Source: Nitrospinales bacterium
GTDB lineage: Bacteria; Nitrospinota; Nitrospinia; Nitrospinales; VA-1
Reading direction: 5' to 3'
Assembly: GCA_965223345.1 (NCBI GenBank)
Contig: CBDCWG010000012.1
Location: 1,856,001 to 1,920,000, forward strand
DNA: 64,000 bases
The stretch's first letter is position 1; each line of letters begins with the position of its first letter. The position numbers and the translations under genes were made by a program. The notes beneath the pieces were generated by a model that saw only the letters and a program-made list of their open reading frames with translations, was not told where the DNA came from and ran no database searches. Shown piece after piece: positions 1 to 10,573 of this stretch.

Positions 1-679
1 CCGTGCTGGACGGCGGCGAAACGGTGACCTGCACCGGATCGCTGAGAAACGTGCGCGTCAGTTGCCGGATTTCCTCAGACAGTGTGGCGGAGAACAGCAT
101 GGACTGCCGGTCTGTCGGCACCTGTGAATGGATCCTACGCACATCCGGCAGAAACCCCATGTCCAGCATGCGGTCCGCTTCGTCGAGCACGAAGATCTCC
201 ACTTTGTCGAGTCTCAGACAACGCTGCTGCAACAGGTCGAGCAGCCGTCCCGGCGTCGCCACCAGAATGTCCACGCCCTTTCTCAAAGCGCGGATCTGCT
301 GGGTGGGGTTGACGCCGCCGTAAACCAGCGCCTGCGTGAGTTTCAGATGACGCCCGTAGATGCTGAAACTTTCGCCGATCTGTCCGGCCAGCTCGCGCGT
401 GGGCGCCAGGATCAGCGCGCGCACCGATTTGGCCTGCGGCCGGCTGCGGTTTTCGGCCAGCCGCTGCAAAATCGGCAGGGCAAACGCCGCGGTTTTCCCG
501 GTGCCGGTCTGGGCGCAGCCCAGCAGATCGCTCTTCTCAAGCAGATGCGGAATGGCCTGTTTCTGAATGGGCGTGGGGACCCGGTAGTTTTCCTCTTCGA
601 TGGCACGCAGAATCTGCGGGATCAGGTTGAGGGTGTCGAACCCTTCGCGGGTTGTGGGGTGTGTGACTGTTTTGTTCAA
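1..679 (-). CDS. DEAD-box ATP-dependent RNA helicase (RhlE-like), 3' part outside the window
   Basis: Manual minus-strand translation from TTG at 679 (AAGGA upstream): MNKTVTHPTTREGFDTLNL..., Q-motif PTPIQKQAIP, Walker A AQTGTGKT, then PTRELA, TPGR, DEAD and SAT motifs. Missing from the ORF track because it has no stop codon in the window. Confidence 0.93.
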   Translation of the reverse strand, partial: MNKTVTHPTTREGFDTLNLIPQILRAIEEENYRVPTPIQKQAIPHLLEKSDLLGCAQTGTGKTAAFALPILQRLAENRSRPQAKSVRALILAPTRELAGQIGESFSIYGRHLKLTQALVYGGVNPTQQIRALRKGVDILVATPGRLLDLLQQRCLRLDKVEIFVLDEADRMLDMGFLPDVRRIHSQVPTDRQSMLFSATLSEEIRQLTRTFLSDPVQVTVSPPSST

Positions 680-1011
680 AATGATTTCCTTTAAAAAATT
701 GGGATAAAAGCAGGCAAAAACAAGTCCTCCCGCGTGTACGCGCGAAGACGCAACTTGAGCCTGAAATGAGATTGATTGCTTATCGGGTGAGAATAAAGAG
801 GGAAGGGATACTGAAACGCGCCAAGGAAGGGATCCGGGAGTTTCCAGAACCAAAAAAGATGAGCCTAAAAGCTCACCACCACTAATTCTCCAGTAAAATC
901 AATCAACTATACGAAAGAAGTGTACCGCAAAAAGGCCGGATAAGCCAGTACAATCGTAAATTCAACGGAAAAACAGCATCTGGGGGCCTGAAACGGCTAT
1001 CTGAACAGTGT

Positions 1012-1581
1012 TCAATCCGTCTCGTGCTGCGCCAGCACGTCGCCGGTATCTTCCTTTTTGGGTGCGGCAGCGGGGGCGGCCTGTTCGCTGTACAGCGATT
1101 TGAGGGCGCGCGAGTTTTTCAGCACGTCGTTGATGAGGGCGGCGGTTTTCGCGTCCTTCGGGTTGAGCCGCGAGATGGCGTGGTTCATGCGGTCCAGCGC
1201 ATTCTGGGCGTCCTGTTCGGATATTTTTGTGATCTGCTGTCCCATGCTGTCCAGCCGTCCGTGCAGGGTTTTCTCCATCGCCACCATCTCCGCATTCATG
1301 CGGGTCTGCAGCTTGGTCATGTGGGTTTCCATGCTTTTCAGGTGCGCCTTCTGCAGCGAGGAGCTGGTGTAATAGGAGCCCAGCACCAGCACGATGAGGC
1401 CGGTGTACACCAGCACCTTCAGCGTCGTGTTCTCGCTTTTGCGTTTTTGTAAATTGGTCTTCAACGATTCGATTTCCGCGGAGAACGTTTCCAGCGTCTG
1501 CGTCAGATTCACGATCTTCGCTTCCAGGGCGGCCGGCTGGCTGCCGGAAGACGTTTTGTCTGCTTGCGTGTCTTTTTGCAT
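1012..1581 (-). CDS. Hypothetical single-TM coiled-coil protein
   Basis: ATG at 1581 after a GAGGTG SD; heptad-rich segments flank one hydrophobic helix (VLVYTGLIVLVLGSYY). Confidence 0.75.
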   Translation of the reverse strand: MQKDTQADKTSSGSQPAALEAKIVNLTQTLETFSAEIESLKTNLQKRKSENTTLKVLVYTGLIVLVLGSYYTSSSLQKAHLKSMETHMTKLQTRMNAEMVAMEKTLHGRLDSMGQQITKISEQDAQNALDRMNHAISRLNPKDAKTAALINDVLKNSRALKSLYSEQAAPAAAPKKEDTGDVLAQHETD

Positions 1582-1651
1582 GAATCTCACCTCGTCAAAA
1601 ATGTCGGTTGCCGACAGCGGCGCTGCATTTCGCCGCCGGGCGGTTTTAGGG

Positions 1652-2431
1652 TCAGAGACCCATCGAGTTGAAATACAGCGCGATCAGGTCGTTGCCGAAG
1701 AAGATGGCGATCAGCGTGCCGGCTGCGAGAAACGGGCCGAAGGGGATGAGGCTTTTGCGGCCTTTTTTCTTCACCGCCATCAAGAGAAGCCCGATCACCG
1801 AACCCAGCATGGCGCCGGAAAAGATCACCAAAAGCACCTTCTGCCAGCCGAGCAGCGCGCCGGCACCCGCGATGAATTTGATGTCGCCGCCGCCCATGCC
1901 GCCGCGGCTCAGGACGGCCAAAAGATAAAACAGCCCGCCTCCCAAAAGAAAGCCGAACAGGGAATCCCAGACGCCGGTGAGGTACGACCCGGCCGCCAGC
2001 CCGAACACGATTCCGGGCAGGGTGATCTTGTCGGGGATGATCTGGTGCTGGATGTCGATGACGGTGATGATGACGAGAAAGAAGCTGACGACTCCGTAGA
2101 TCAAGGCTTCCCAGGTGAAGCCGAATTTCAGGTAGACCGCCGTGAGCAAAAGCGCCGTCACCAGTTCGATCGCGGGGTAGATGATGGATATGGGCTCGTG
2201 GCATTTGCGGCATTTGCCGCCGAGAAACACGTAGCTCAACACCGGAATGTTGTCGATAGCTCGAATGGGCGTGTTGCAGGCGGTGCAGTGCGACGCCGGC
2301 AGCACGACGGACTCCTTGCGCGGCATCCTGTAGATGCAGACGTTGGAAAAACTGCCCAGAAGCAAGCCGAATACGAACACGATAGCCATGTCCACAGGAT
2401 AAGGGATGGAGGGGGGGAATTCCACCGTCAA
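1652..2431 (-). CDS. pilD: Prepilin peptidase / N-methyltransferase
   Basis: GSFSNVCIYRMP, two CxxC pairs (CTAC, CRKC), ID...IIPD and GMGGGDIK aspartic peptidase motifs, IPFGPFL. Start uncertain (2431, 2425 or 2389). Confidence 0.95.
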   Translation of the reverse strand: MTVEFPPSIPYPVDMAIVFVFGLLLGSFSNVCIYRMPRKESVVLPASHCTACNTPIRAIDNIPVLSYVFLGGKCRKCHEPISIIYPAIELVTALLLTAVYLKFGFTWEALIYGVVSFFLVIITVIDIQHQIIPDKITLPGIVFGLAAGSYLTGVWDSLFGFLLGGGLFYLLAVLSRGGMGGGDIKFIAGAGALLGWQKVLLVIFSGAMLGSVIGLLLMAVKKKGRKSLIPFGPFLAAGTLIAIFFGNDLIALYFNSMGL

Positions 2432-2504
2432 TCCTTGTAAGTGGTTGAATTGATTGAATATTTGTTCAATTTTTCTTGAAATTCCGCAGGTTGCGCGGCG
2501 GGTC

Positions 2505-2990
2505 TCATTCTCCGGCGTCGCCGGGCGTCATCTGCTTGAGGACGGAGTAAACGGTGTCGGTGTTGAACCCTTTGCCGTAGAGGTGCTGCGCCAGCCGCCG
2601 ACGCTGGATCTGCCGGTCGAGGCCCGTCAGGGCGGACAGTTTTTTGCGGGCGCATTCTGTGGCCAGGGTGGTTTCGTCCGCCTCGGAGAACAGGACGGTC
2701 AGCGTGTGTTCGATGATTGCGGAATCGAGCTGTTTCTGGAACAGCTCCTGGCGCAGCCTGCGCGCGCCGATGCGCATGGAGGCGATGCGCGAACGGCCCC
2801 AGTTGAGGGCGAAGCGCGCGTCGTCGAGGTAGTTGAGATCCTGCAAATAATCGAGCGTCCCGCGCACGGCGGAGTCGGAAAACCCTTTGGTGCGCAGCTT
2901 TTCCGCCAGCTGCCCTGCGCTCTGGTCGCGGCGGGACAGGATTTTCAGCCCCTGCGACCGGGCTTTTTTCACTTCCTCTGCGTCAGCCAT
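2505..2990 (-). CDS. recX: Regulatory protein RecX
   Basis: LSRRDQS...L..KGF, YLDDARFA, G..RLRQELFQK, L..KGF; directly downstream of recA. Confidence 0.92.
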   Translation of the reverse strand: MADAEEVKKARSQGLKILSRRDQSAGQLAEKLRTKGFSDSAVRGTLDYLQDLNYLDDARFALNWGRSRIASMRIGARRLRQELFQKQLDSAIIEHTLTVLFSEADETTLATECARKKLSALTGLDRQIQRRRLAQHLYGKGFNTDTVYSVLKQMTPGDAGE

Positions 2991-3059
2991 GCGGACGATC
3001 TCTGTTCACGCGAATTTTCCCGCGCTCGACCGTGTTGCCTGGTATCCAAACCGCCGCCG

Positions 3060-4157
<1,098 letters not shown>

Positions 4158-4213
4158 TCGGCCTCCTTCTGGTTGGTGTGTGCGCGTGTTGGATGTGGTT
4201 GACTGCGGTTTTG

Positions 4214-4789
4214 TTAACGGTTCCCCTGCAGGGGAAAGTCCCCGATGACGGTGTAGTTGGGCCCTTCGGGTGTCAGCTCGCTTTGCATCAGCTTCACGGA
4301 ATCGACGGTGAAAGGAACCGTTGCCACGGCCGGGCCTGCTCTCAGTTTCTGCTTCAGCTTCCTGTTGTCCCTGGCGGATTTGAAGCGGGCCAGGGTGAGA
4401 TGGGGGATCGCCTGTTTTTTCTCGCCGGGGAATCCCAAAGGGATCATCCGGGTGTCGATCGCCTGCATCAGGGAAATCAGGGTGCCTTGAGAATCCTGCA
4501 CGCTCAGCCACAGGACCCGGGGACGGTTCGGATTCGGAAACACACCGGGCAGGCCCAACGTTACGGTCGGGGGCGCGAAGCGTGGAGTGATTTCCTGCAT
4601 CTGCGTTTCGATTTCCGGGATGGTCTGAGGGCGGGTGCTTCCCAAAAACTTCAGGGTCAAATGGAAATTCGCCGGTTCGACCCACCTTGCGTCCAGATTC
4701 AGGCTTTTGAAATCGTTCTGGACCTCTGCAATCGTTTCCCGGACGGCGTTCGGAATATCAATAGCGAGAAATAACCTCAGAGCGTCCAC
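4214..4789 (-). CDS. thpR: RNA 2',3'-cyclic phosphodiesterase (2H phosphoesterase, LigT family)
   Basis: RLFLAI, two HxT motifs ([16 protein letters not shown]), [10 protein letters not shown]; usual position upstream of recA. Confidence 0.93.
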   Translation of the reverse strand: MDALRLFLAIDIPNAVRETIAEVQNDFKSLNLDARWVEPANFHLTLKFLGSTRPQTIPEIETQMQEITPRFAPPTVTLGLPGVFPNPNRPRVLWLSVQDSQGTLISLMQAIDTRMIPLGFPGEKKQAIPHLTLARFKSARDNRKLKQKLRAGPAVATVPFTVDSVKLMQSELTPEGPNYTVIGDFPLQGNR

Positions 4790-5102
4790 AGTCTATCAAG
4801 GCCTTCGAAACGTTGTCAAACGCAATCCCTTGGTACCAAGAATCCGGTGTTTTGCAAAGAAAATTCCTTCCCCGGATGGCGGCGGCGGGCGGACGGTTGC
4901 CGGAAAAACGGGGAGAGATTCCCTGTTTGGCTCTGTGTGCCTGTTCGGACGCACGCACTTTATGAGCATGAACTGCGGTTTTGCGTTCGGTGCCCGGAAC
5001 CACAAATAATATCTAGCTTTCGGGTATGGAATCTGTGATAGGATCAAGGCATACATCAATGTAAACATCAGGGGAAAAGTAATTTCCCAGGAGGTCATCA
5101 AA

Positions 5103-5315
5103 ATGGGATTTATGAAAAAAGTGGCGATCGTTTTTATCCTTTCACTGTCCGTGGCGGCGTTTGTGGGATGCAAGGAAAAAGGCCCCGCAGAGAAAGCCGG
5201 TGAAAAGATCGACAACGCAGTGGAAAAGGCCGGCGATGAAATGAAAGCTGCCGGTGAAAAAATGGGCGAGGCGGTGGAAGAAGCCGGGGACAAAGTCAAA
5301 GAAGCGACAGAGTAA
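5103..5315 (+). CDS. Small lipoprotein with 11-mer amphipathic repeats
   Basis: GGAGG SD; lipobox-like FVGC; EKAGEKIDNAV/EKAGDEMKAAG/EKMGEAVEEAG repeats. Confidence 0.85.
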   Translation: MGFMKKVAIVFILSLSVAAFVGCKEKGPAEKAGEKIDNAVEKAGDEMKAAGEKMGEAVEEAGDKVKEATE

Positions 5316-5334
5316 CCATCTCGTCTGGAAATTT

Positions 5335-5396
5335 GGGGCCGTTCCCGAATCGCGCCGGTGGCAGCACCGTGTGGGATGGGGACGGCCCCTTTTTTT
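5335..5396 (+). terminator. Rho-independent terminator
   Basis: GGGGCCGTTCCC...CGGTG-GCAG-CACCG...GGGACGGCCCC followed by T7. Confidence 0.75.
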
Positions 5397-5649
5397 GCCC
5401 TAAAGGGCGTGTCCCAAACGCTTCTTTGATCTTTGGTCTGAAGCCCACCGGGCCCGGACTTGCGGGTTCTTCCGCAAGGGCAACCCCTTCCCGGATCCAT
5501 CAAACCCTTTGAAAACCGGCCCATTTATTCCGAATGAGGAAAAAAAACGACGCTCACGTTGCCGGGAACACTCGCAAACGCCGTTTCTTTTGGTATAATT
5601 GAGTTAACTATGTGATTTTAAATAGGTTACTATCGGGGAGGTCAGCGCG

Positions 5650-6561
5650 ATGGGGGATATTTTTACCTGGAACCGGTGGGGCCGGGCGCTCTGCATTGTG
5701 TCGGTGTCTGCGCTTTTTGGCTGTGCTTCACCGCAGACCCAGGAGGACACGGCCACGAAATTCAAGATGGACCTGGACAAGCTCAAACCGGAAAAAGCGT
5801 TGGAACTGGAAACGGTTCCCATCGATTACACCAGTGAAACCCAGGACCGGGGGGATTTCAGCCGCAGTCAGCTCAACGAACGGTTCGAGGACGCCCCCAA
5901 GACCACCGTTTTCAAAGGGTCGTTCTTCGTCATGAACATCGACCAGCTCGACGATGTGGACGAGAAAAAGGAAGCCATGGAGTGGGCGAGTCACGGCAAC
6001 TGGTGCGGACAGAACCGGCCTCTGGGGGGAAGCAGTCCGGAGACGGTGGACGATCTGGACCTGGTCTGCAAAACCCACAAGATCTGCCTGCGCAACAGCT
6101 GGGATCGCAACTGCAACTGCGACGACCGGTTGATTCAGCACGTGTCGGCGCTGGATTCGGTTTCACCGGAAACGAAAGCCAACATGATCGAATACTACAG
6201 CCACTCGCGCTGTATCTTCAAATGCCGCTATCTCGCGAAATGGAAAGACGGCTACGTGTTCGAGAAAGGCGAGAGCCGGGTTCCGGAAAACATCAAGGAA
6301 CAGTTCGGCGGACTGAGCTGGAACGTTTCCAAACTGAGCGTGGGCGGGGCGGAAAAATACATGAGCCTGTCGCGCGACGTCAATAACTATGTCTGCCTGG
6401 AAGACAAGAGCGTGTTCGAACACTTCGTGCAGTGTGCGCGCAACCGGGCCGGGTCTCTTTACCGCCTGCAATGCCTTGAGGACAGCTACATCAAAAAGGG
6501 CATTGTGATGGATGTGGATCTGGATGCGGAAGCGGTGCGCGACACGCACATCAGCCGGTGA
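5650..6561 (+). CDS. Lipoprotein with a phospholipase A2-like domain (HD changed to HK)
   Basis: Lipobox LFGC; HGNWCG...DDLDLVCKTHKIC...CNCDDRL resembles the sPLA2 pattern YGxxCG...D.LD.CC..HD.C...CD. TGG-TATAAT at 5591-5599 upstream. Confidence 0.7.
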   Translation: MGDIFTWNRWGRALCIVSVSALFGCASPQTQEDTATKFKMDLDKLKPEKALELETVPIDYTSETQDRGDFSRSQLNERFEDAPKTTVFKGSFFVMNIDQLDDVDEKKEAMEWASHGNWCGQNRPLGGSSPETVDDLDLVCKTHKICLRNSWDRNCNCDDRLIQHVSALDSVSPETKANMIEYYSHSRCIFKCRYLAKWKDGYVFEKGESRVPENIKEQFGGLSWNVSKLSVGGAEKYMSLSRDVNNYVCLEDKSVFEHFVQCARNRAGSLYRLQCLEDSYIKKGIVMDVDLDAEAVRDTHISR

Positions 6562-6686
6562 CAGCCCTGCGCGTCACACAGCGATAGCCAAAGGACAGAT
6601 TCCAGTAAAAAGTTCGAACTGCGATCCAAAAGCCGTGCGCGGTGTGATCAAGCTCGCCCTCTGCTGAGGAAGGCACACCCGCGGTT

Positions 6687-6980
6687 TTAAAACCGGCGGG
6701 TGCGGACGGTTCCGGCGAGTTCGTCGAACCCGATCGCGGGTTTCGCATTCTCGACATCGAAGTGCTTGTCCCGGTGGTTGTCGAACCAGTTCAGAATGCC
6801 GCTCATTTTTGTCTTGAGCTTTTGCGGCAGCGGTTCCACCTGTTTCCGCTGATACTCCCTGAGCATCATCTCTTTGATCACTTCCTTGCATTCCTCCGGA
6901 GAGATTTCGTCTGCCTCCAGTTTCTGCTCAAGAAAGTTCACCAGTTTCGGGTTGAGCAACGCACGCAAATTCCTCTGCAC
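6687..6980 (-). CDS. Hypothetical protein
   Basis: GTG start after GGAGG; charged helical 97-aa ORF filling the intergenic space. Confidence 0.7.
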   Translation of the reverse strand: MQRNLRALLNPKLVNFLEQKLEADEISPEECKEVIKEMMLREYQRKQVEPLPQKLKTKMSGILNWFDNHRDKHFDVENAKPAIGFDELAGTVRTRRF

Positions 6981-7201
6981 TTGGAACCTCCTGACCCTGC
7001 GGGTCCGTATTGGGTGGATGTCTTAATAATACGCCTGTTATCAAAGGAAAACCTCGAAAAAAACTTGAGCAAATGCCATGCCAGGCTTAAAATGTTCATA
7101 TTAAAGGGGTTATGCTCGTATTGAGCGTCAAAAAACAGGCGCGGGACAGGAAATTGGCGCTTAGATTTCAAATAGTTGAGAGGGAAGCGGTGCTTTTCGG
7201 T

Positions 7202-7900
7202 ATGAGTCCATTCAGGCGAGTCAGCGTGGGTTTGCTGTTTTTTTTCTTCCTGTGCGCATCGGTTGTGCCGGTACAGGCGGGGCAGGGGACGGCGGAACCT
7301 GAGGACCGCCTTTCCCTGATCTTTGAAAAAAAAATGCTGCCCATCGAGGTGCGGCCGCCGCCGTATTCGTTTGCGGCCGAGGCTGAAAGGAAAATGCCAA
7401 CGCCGCCGGTTGCGCCTTCAACGCCGCGATCGGATTCCGGTTCGCAATCCGAATCTGCGACGCACGACCGGGTGGCGGTGACGGACAAGCCGCTGGTTCT
7501 GGGAGGCCGCGGGCTCGGCATCCGCCAGTTTCAACACGCCCGGGAGGCGGACCGGCATCCGGATTTTCTCAAGCGGCTGGAAAACCCGTATCCCTATCCG
7601 GCTCCCGTTTCCCCGCCCGCCGTGCTCGATCTGGCGCTCAGCGACATCAAGAGCACCAAGCACCTGATCTACCGCCCGCTGAGACCGGCGCTCGGCAGGA
7701 TTCCCGATGTGGACCCGGACAAAGACGCGCGCGTTCCATCCCGACATCGGGTTGCGCTGGATGCGATTCCCGAAACCCACCTGGAATATTTTAAGCAAGA
7801 GAGAACCGGGATGCGGCTGCTTCCCGCAGCGGAGAGGATGGATGTGCTGATCGGCAATGAAAACGTCAACCGGGAAGATTACAAAAACTGGGACCGCTAA
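7202..7900 (+). CDS. Hypothetical exported protein
   Basis: Signal-peptide-like N-terminus (RRVSVGLLFFFFLCASVVPVQA); Pro/Ser-rich linker. Confidence 0.7.
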   Translation: MSPFRRVSVGLLFFFFLCASVVPVQAGQGTAEPEDRLSLIFEKKMLPIEVRPPPYSFAAEAERKMPTPPVAPSTPRSDSGSQSESATHDRVAVTDKPLVLGGRGLGIRQFQHAREADRHPDFLKRLENPYPYPAPVSPPAVLDLALSDIKSTKHLIYRPLRPALGRIPDVDPDKDARVPSRHRVALDAIPETHLEYFKQERTGMRLLPAAERMDVLIGNENVNREDYKNWDR

Positions 7901-7942
7901 GGTGAGGCGGGATGAAAGTGCGGGATCAAGCTTCGATGCGAT

Positions 7943-8827
7943 TCAGGCTTTTCTTTTTACCTGAGAAAAAAAACCGACTCTGCTTTGCGGCGCCGGGCTG
8001 GAAGAGCGCACCAGCACGACGCCTGCGATCATGAAAGCGATGGGGAAAACAAACTTCAAAATCTCCGTCATACTCTGAAACAGTTCCATCACCTCGGCTT
8101 TCCAGATCCATTGAGCGCCGGGCGGATACGTCATGTGGGTGTTGTTTTCCCGGCTGGCGATCATCTCGACGAATTGCGCCCCGTACTGCCCGATGCCTTC
8201 GCGCGTGTACCAGTCGAGCGCCAGGCTTTTGTTTTTCGCCGCTTCCTCAACGCTCAACACGTCCCCCGTTGCGTCCGTCAAGACCACTTCCATGTCCGGG
8301 TCGTACAGATGCCAGTCGCCGTCGTACCAGGCTTCCATCACCACATGTCCGTAAAGACCGACGTGCCGTGCTTGAATCCCGGATTTCAAGGCCAGATGCA
8401 CCAGCACGAAGGCGACGCCGCCGCACATGGTCGAATGGCCGTTTTTCAATAGGGTTTCGGGATTGTAGATGGCTGTGAACGTATCGTTGACTTTTCCCAG
8501 TCCCCACAATATCCAGTTGCTGAAAAGATTGTGACGGTCCTGGTTGCCGTGCGTGAAGCGCGCCGCCGCGGTTTCATACAGGACCTGCATTTTTTCCTTG
8601 TCCGAAAGCGCATCGAACGGACTCGGCGATCTTTCCTTCGCAGCTTGCAAAAGGGATTCCAGCCCCGGCGTGTTTGCGGCCAGCACCGGATCGAATGCCT
8701 CGAAATGGCGCGCTGCGTGGTTGACGTATTTGCCTTTGCCGAACCAGTGGCCGGAGACGGCGACATACAACAGCGCGCCTCCTAACAGCAGGACTCCCCA
8801 GCCGGTCCATTTTTGCGATGCTTTCAT
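7943..8827 (-). CDS. Membrane-anchored transglutaminase-like (Cys-His-Asp) protein
   Basis: MCGGVA...GHVVMEAWYDGDWHLYDPD triad pattern; N- and C-terminal hydrophobic helices. Confidence 0.75.
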   Translation of the reverse strand: MKASQKWTGWGVLLLGGALLYVAVSGHWFGKGKYVNHAARHFEAFDPVLAANTPGLESLLQAAKERSPSPFDALSDKEKMQVLYETAAARFTHGNQDRHNLFSNWILWGLGKVNDTFTAIYNPETLLKNGHSTMCGGVAFVLVHLALKSGIQARHVGLYGHVVMEAWYDGDWHLYDPDMEVVLTDATGDVLSVEEAAKNKSLALDWYTREGIGQYGAQFVEMIASRENNTHMTYPPGAQWIWKAEVMELFQSMTEILKFVFPIAFMIAGVVLVRSSSPAPQSRVGFFSQVKRKA

Positions 8828-9047
8828 GCCGAGCCTGTTGGAACAGAATTTTTTGAGTTCGTGTGCGGAAGGAATCGATTGCCGCAGTGAACATCCGCTG
8901 CGGATTGCCACGAAAAATCGATCGGTACCCACCGGTAACTCGAAGTAAACATGGAGCGGAGGGGGATTTCAAGGAGAAAACCCGGATTCGTATTACGGAA
9001 TCTCTACGGGGTTGATTGCGTTGACGCTGGCGTGTCCGCGGGGAGGC

Positions 9048-9278
9048 TTATTGGGCATCCGATGTTCCGTTCGCATCCTGAGTCGATTCGACGGGAGCGA
9101 GGGGAGCGGGTGCGGTTTGTTCTCGGTCCTTGCCGGTGTTGTACCAGAAGTAAAAGACCCAGAACCCGATCACGAAAGCCAGCAGAAAAAATTTGCGCAG
9201 ACGGCTGATCGGATAGCGGCCGGTGGGTTCGGCGTCGGGGTCGTAGGGCGGATCGGGTTTGCGCGGTGTCTCGGGCAT
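9048..9278 (-). CDS. Small single-TM hypothetical protein
   Basis: MPETPRKPDPPYD...FFLLAFVIGFWVFYFWY; co-oriented downstream of the FGE-family gene. Confidence 0.65.
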   Translation of the reverse strand: MPETPRKPDPPYDPDAEPTGRYPISRLRKFFLLAFVIGFWVFYFWYNTGKDREQTAPAPLAPVESTQDANGTSDAQ

Positions 9279-9378
9279 GCGGGGTTTTCCGGTTCGTTCT
9301 TCAACAGCTGCATGATACTCAGGACCCGGCAGCAGGGCAAGCCCCGCTGTCGTCAAATTTCAGCAGACCGCGTTCGGG

Positions 9379-10383
9379 TCACTTGGCGCAGCGGAAGCCG
9401 AAGCTGTTGTTGCGCACCTCGGGGGTGAAGAAGCTGCGGTTGAAGGTCGGTGCGCTCAGGCCGCAGCCATAGGAGAGGCAGTCGAACCAGGAGCCGCCTT
9501 TGAGCAGGCGTTTGTCCCTGCCGTATTCCGCCCGGTGCACCGTGTTGCCGGGATGGGGCAGGTAGAACGCGTCCACCCATTCCCACACGTTGCCGGACAT
9601 GTCGTGCAACCCGTAGGGGCTTCTGCCTTCCGGGTAGCTGCCGACCGGCTCGGTTCCGGTGGAGTGCTTGTAAGGGTTGTTGGATTTGTCGAGCGACCAT
9701 TCGTGCCCCCAGGGGTAGGTGAACCCTTCGGTTCCGCGTGACGCTTTCTCCCACTCCTGCTCGTTGGGCAGGCGCTTGCCCTTCCATTTGCAGTAGGCGT
9801 CCGCCTCGAACCAGTTCACATACACGACCGGGTGCTTTTCTTTGCCCTTGGGGATGACGCCGTCCGGCCAGTGGTACGGCGGCTTGGCGCCGGTGGCGTC
9901 CACGAATTGCTTGTAATCCTCGTTGGTCACTTCGTAGAGATCGATCCAGTAGCTGCCGGTTTCGGCGATGTGCTCCGGCGCTTCGTCGTCCCAGCGTTCG
10001 TTGGAACCCATGATGAATTCGCCCGCCTCGATGTGCACCATGCCCGGATAACTTTCCCCGGTTTTGCCCTCGGCGGGTTTTTTCTTCTCAGCCGGTTTGG
10101 CGGCGATCTGCACCGCCTGCCGCTCGACGGGTTTTTTCAGCGCCGTGGGCGCGGCAAACGGAGAGACGGCGGTTGCGTTGGTTTCACCCACGTGGCACTG
10201 GCGGCATTCCTCGCGCTCACGTTTGTCCTGATGCGACTGCACGATGTTTTCCGGCTGGTGACAGGTGGTCTGACAGGTTTTTTTGCGGTCCTTCGGCGCA
10301 TAGCCCTCGAAGGCGTCGGCTGCGCCCGAGAAAACGCAAAGCAGGGCGGCCACACCCATCCAGTTTGAAATCATGCGCTTCAT
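9379..10383 (-). CDS. Exported FGE-sulfatase (SUMF1) family protein with N-terminal heme-c motifs
   Basis: Signal peptide; CQTTCH and CRQCH; GEFIMGS, YEVTN, HPVVYVNWFEADAYCKW..KRLPNEQEWEKA, YPWG, GLHDMSGNVWEW, KGGSW, GFRC. Confidence 0.92.
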   Translation of the reverse strand: MKRMISNWMGVAALLCVFSGAADAFEGYAPKDRKKTCQTTCHQPENIVQSHQDKREREECRQCHVGETNATAVSPFAAPTALKKPVERQAVQIAAKPAEKKKPAEGKTGESYPGMVHIEAGEFIMGSNERWDDEAPEHIAETGSYWIDLYEVTNEDYKQFVDATGAKPPYHWPDGVIPKGKEKHPVVYVNWFEADAYCKWKGKRLPNEQEWEKASRGTEGFTYPWGHEWSLDKSNNPYKHSTGTEPVGSYPEGRSPYGLHDMSGNVWEWVDAFYLPHPGNTVHRAEYGRDKRLLKGGSWFDCLSYGCGLSAPTFNRSFFTPEVRNNSFGFRCAK

Positions 10384-10573
10384 GTGTTTTGTGTGAAAAG
10401 TGATCGCCGTGTTCGAGGCGGATGACCGGAACAATCCTAAAGTATGATAGGGTTGGAACAAAAACCGGCGCGGGTTCGGACTCACCCCTGGGGGCCTTGT
10501 TTTGATTTTAAAGATATTATAAAACCCGCAGCGGGGGATTCAAAGCATTATCGCACAAGCGGTTGGACGGCCG

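Noticed and set aside
4790..5100. LexA/SOS box upstream of thpR-recA
   Set aside because: GAAC/GTTC half-sites are present but with spacings that match no SOS box I can identify.
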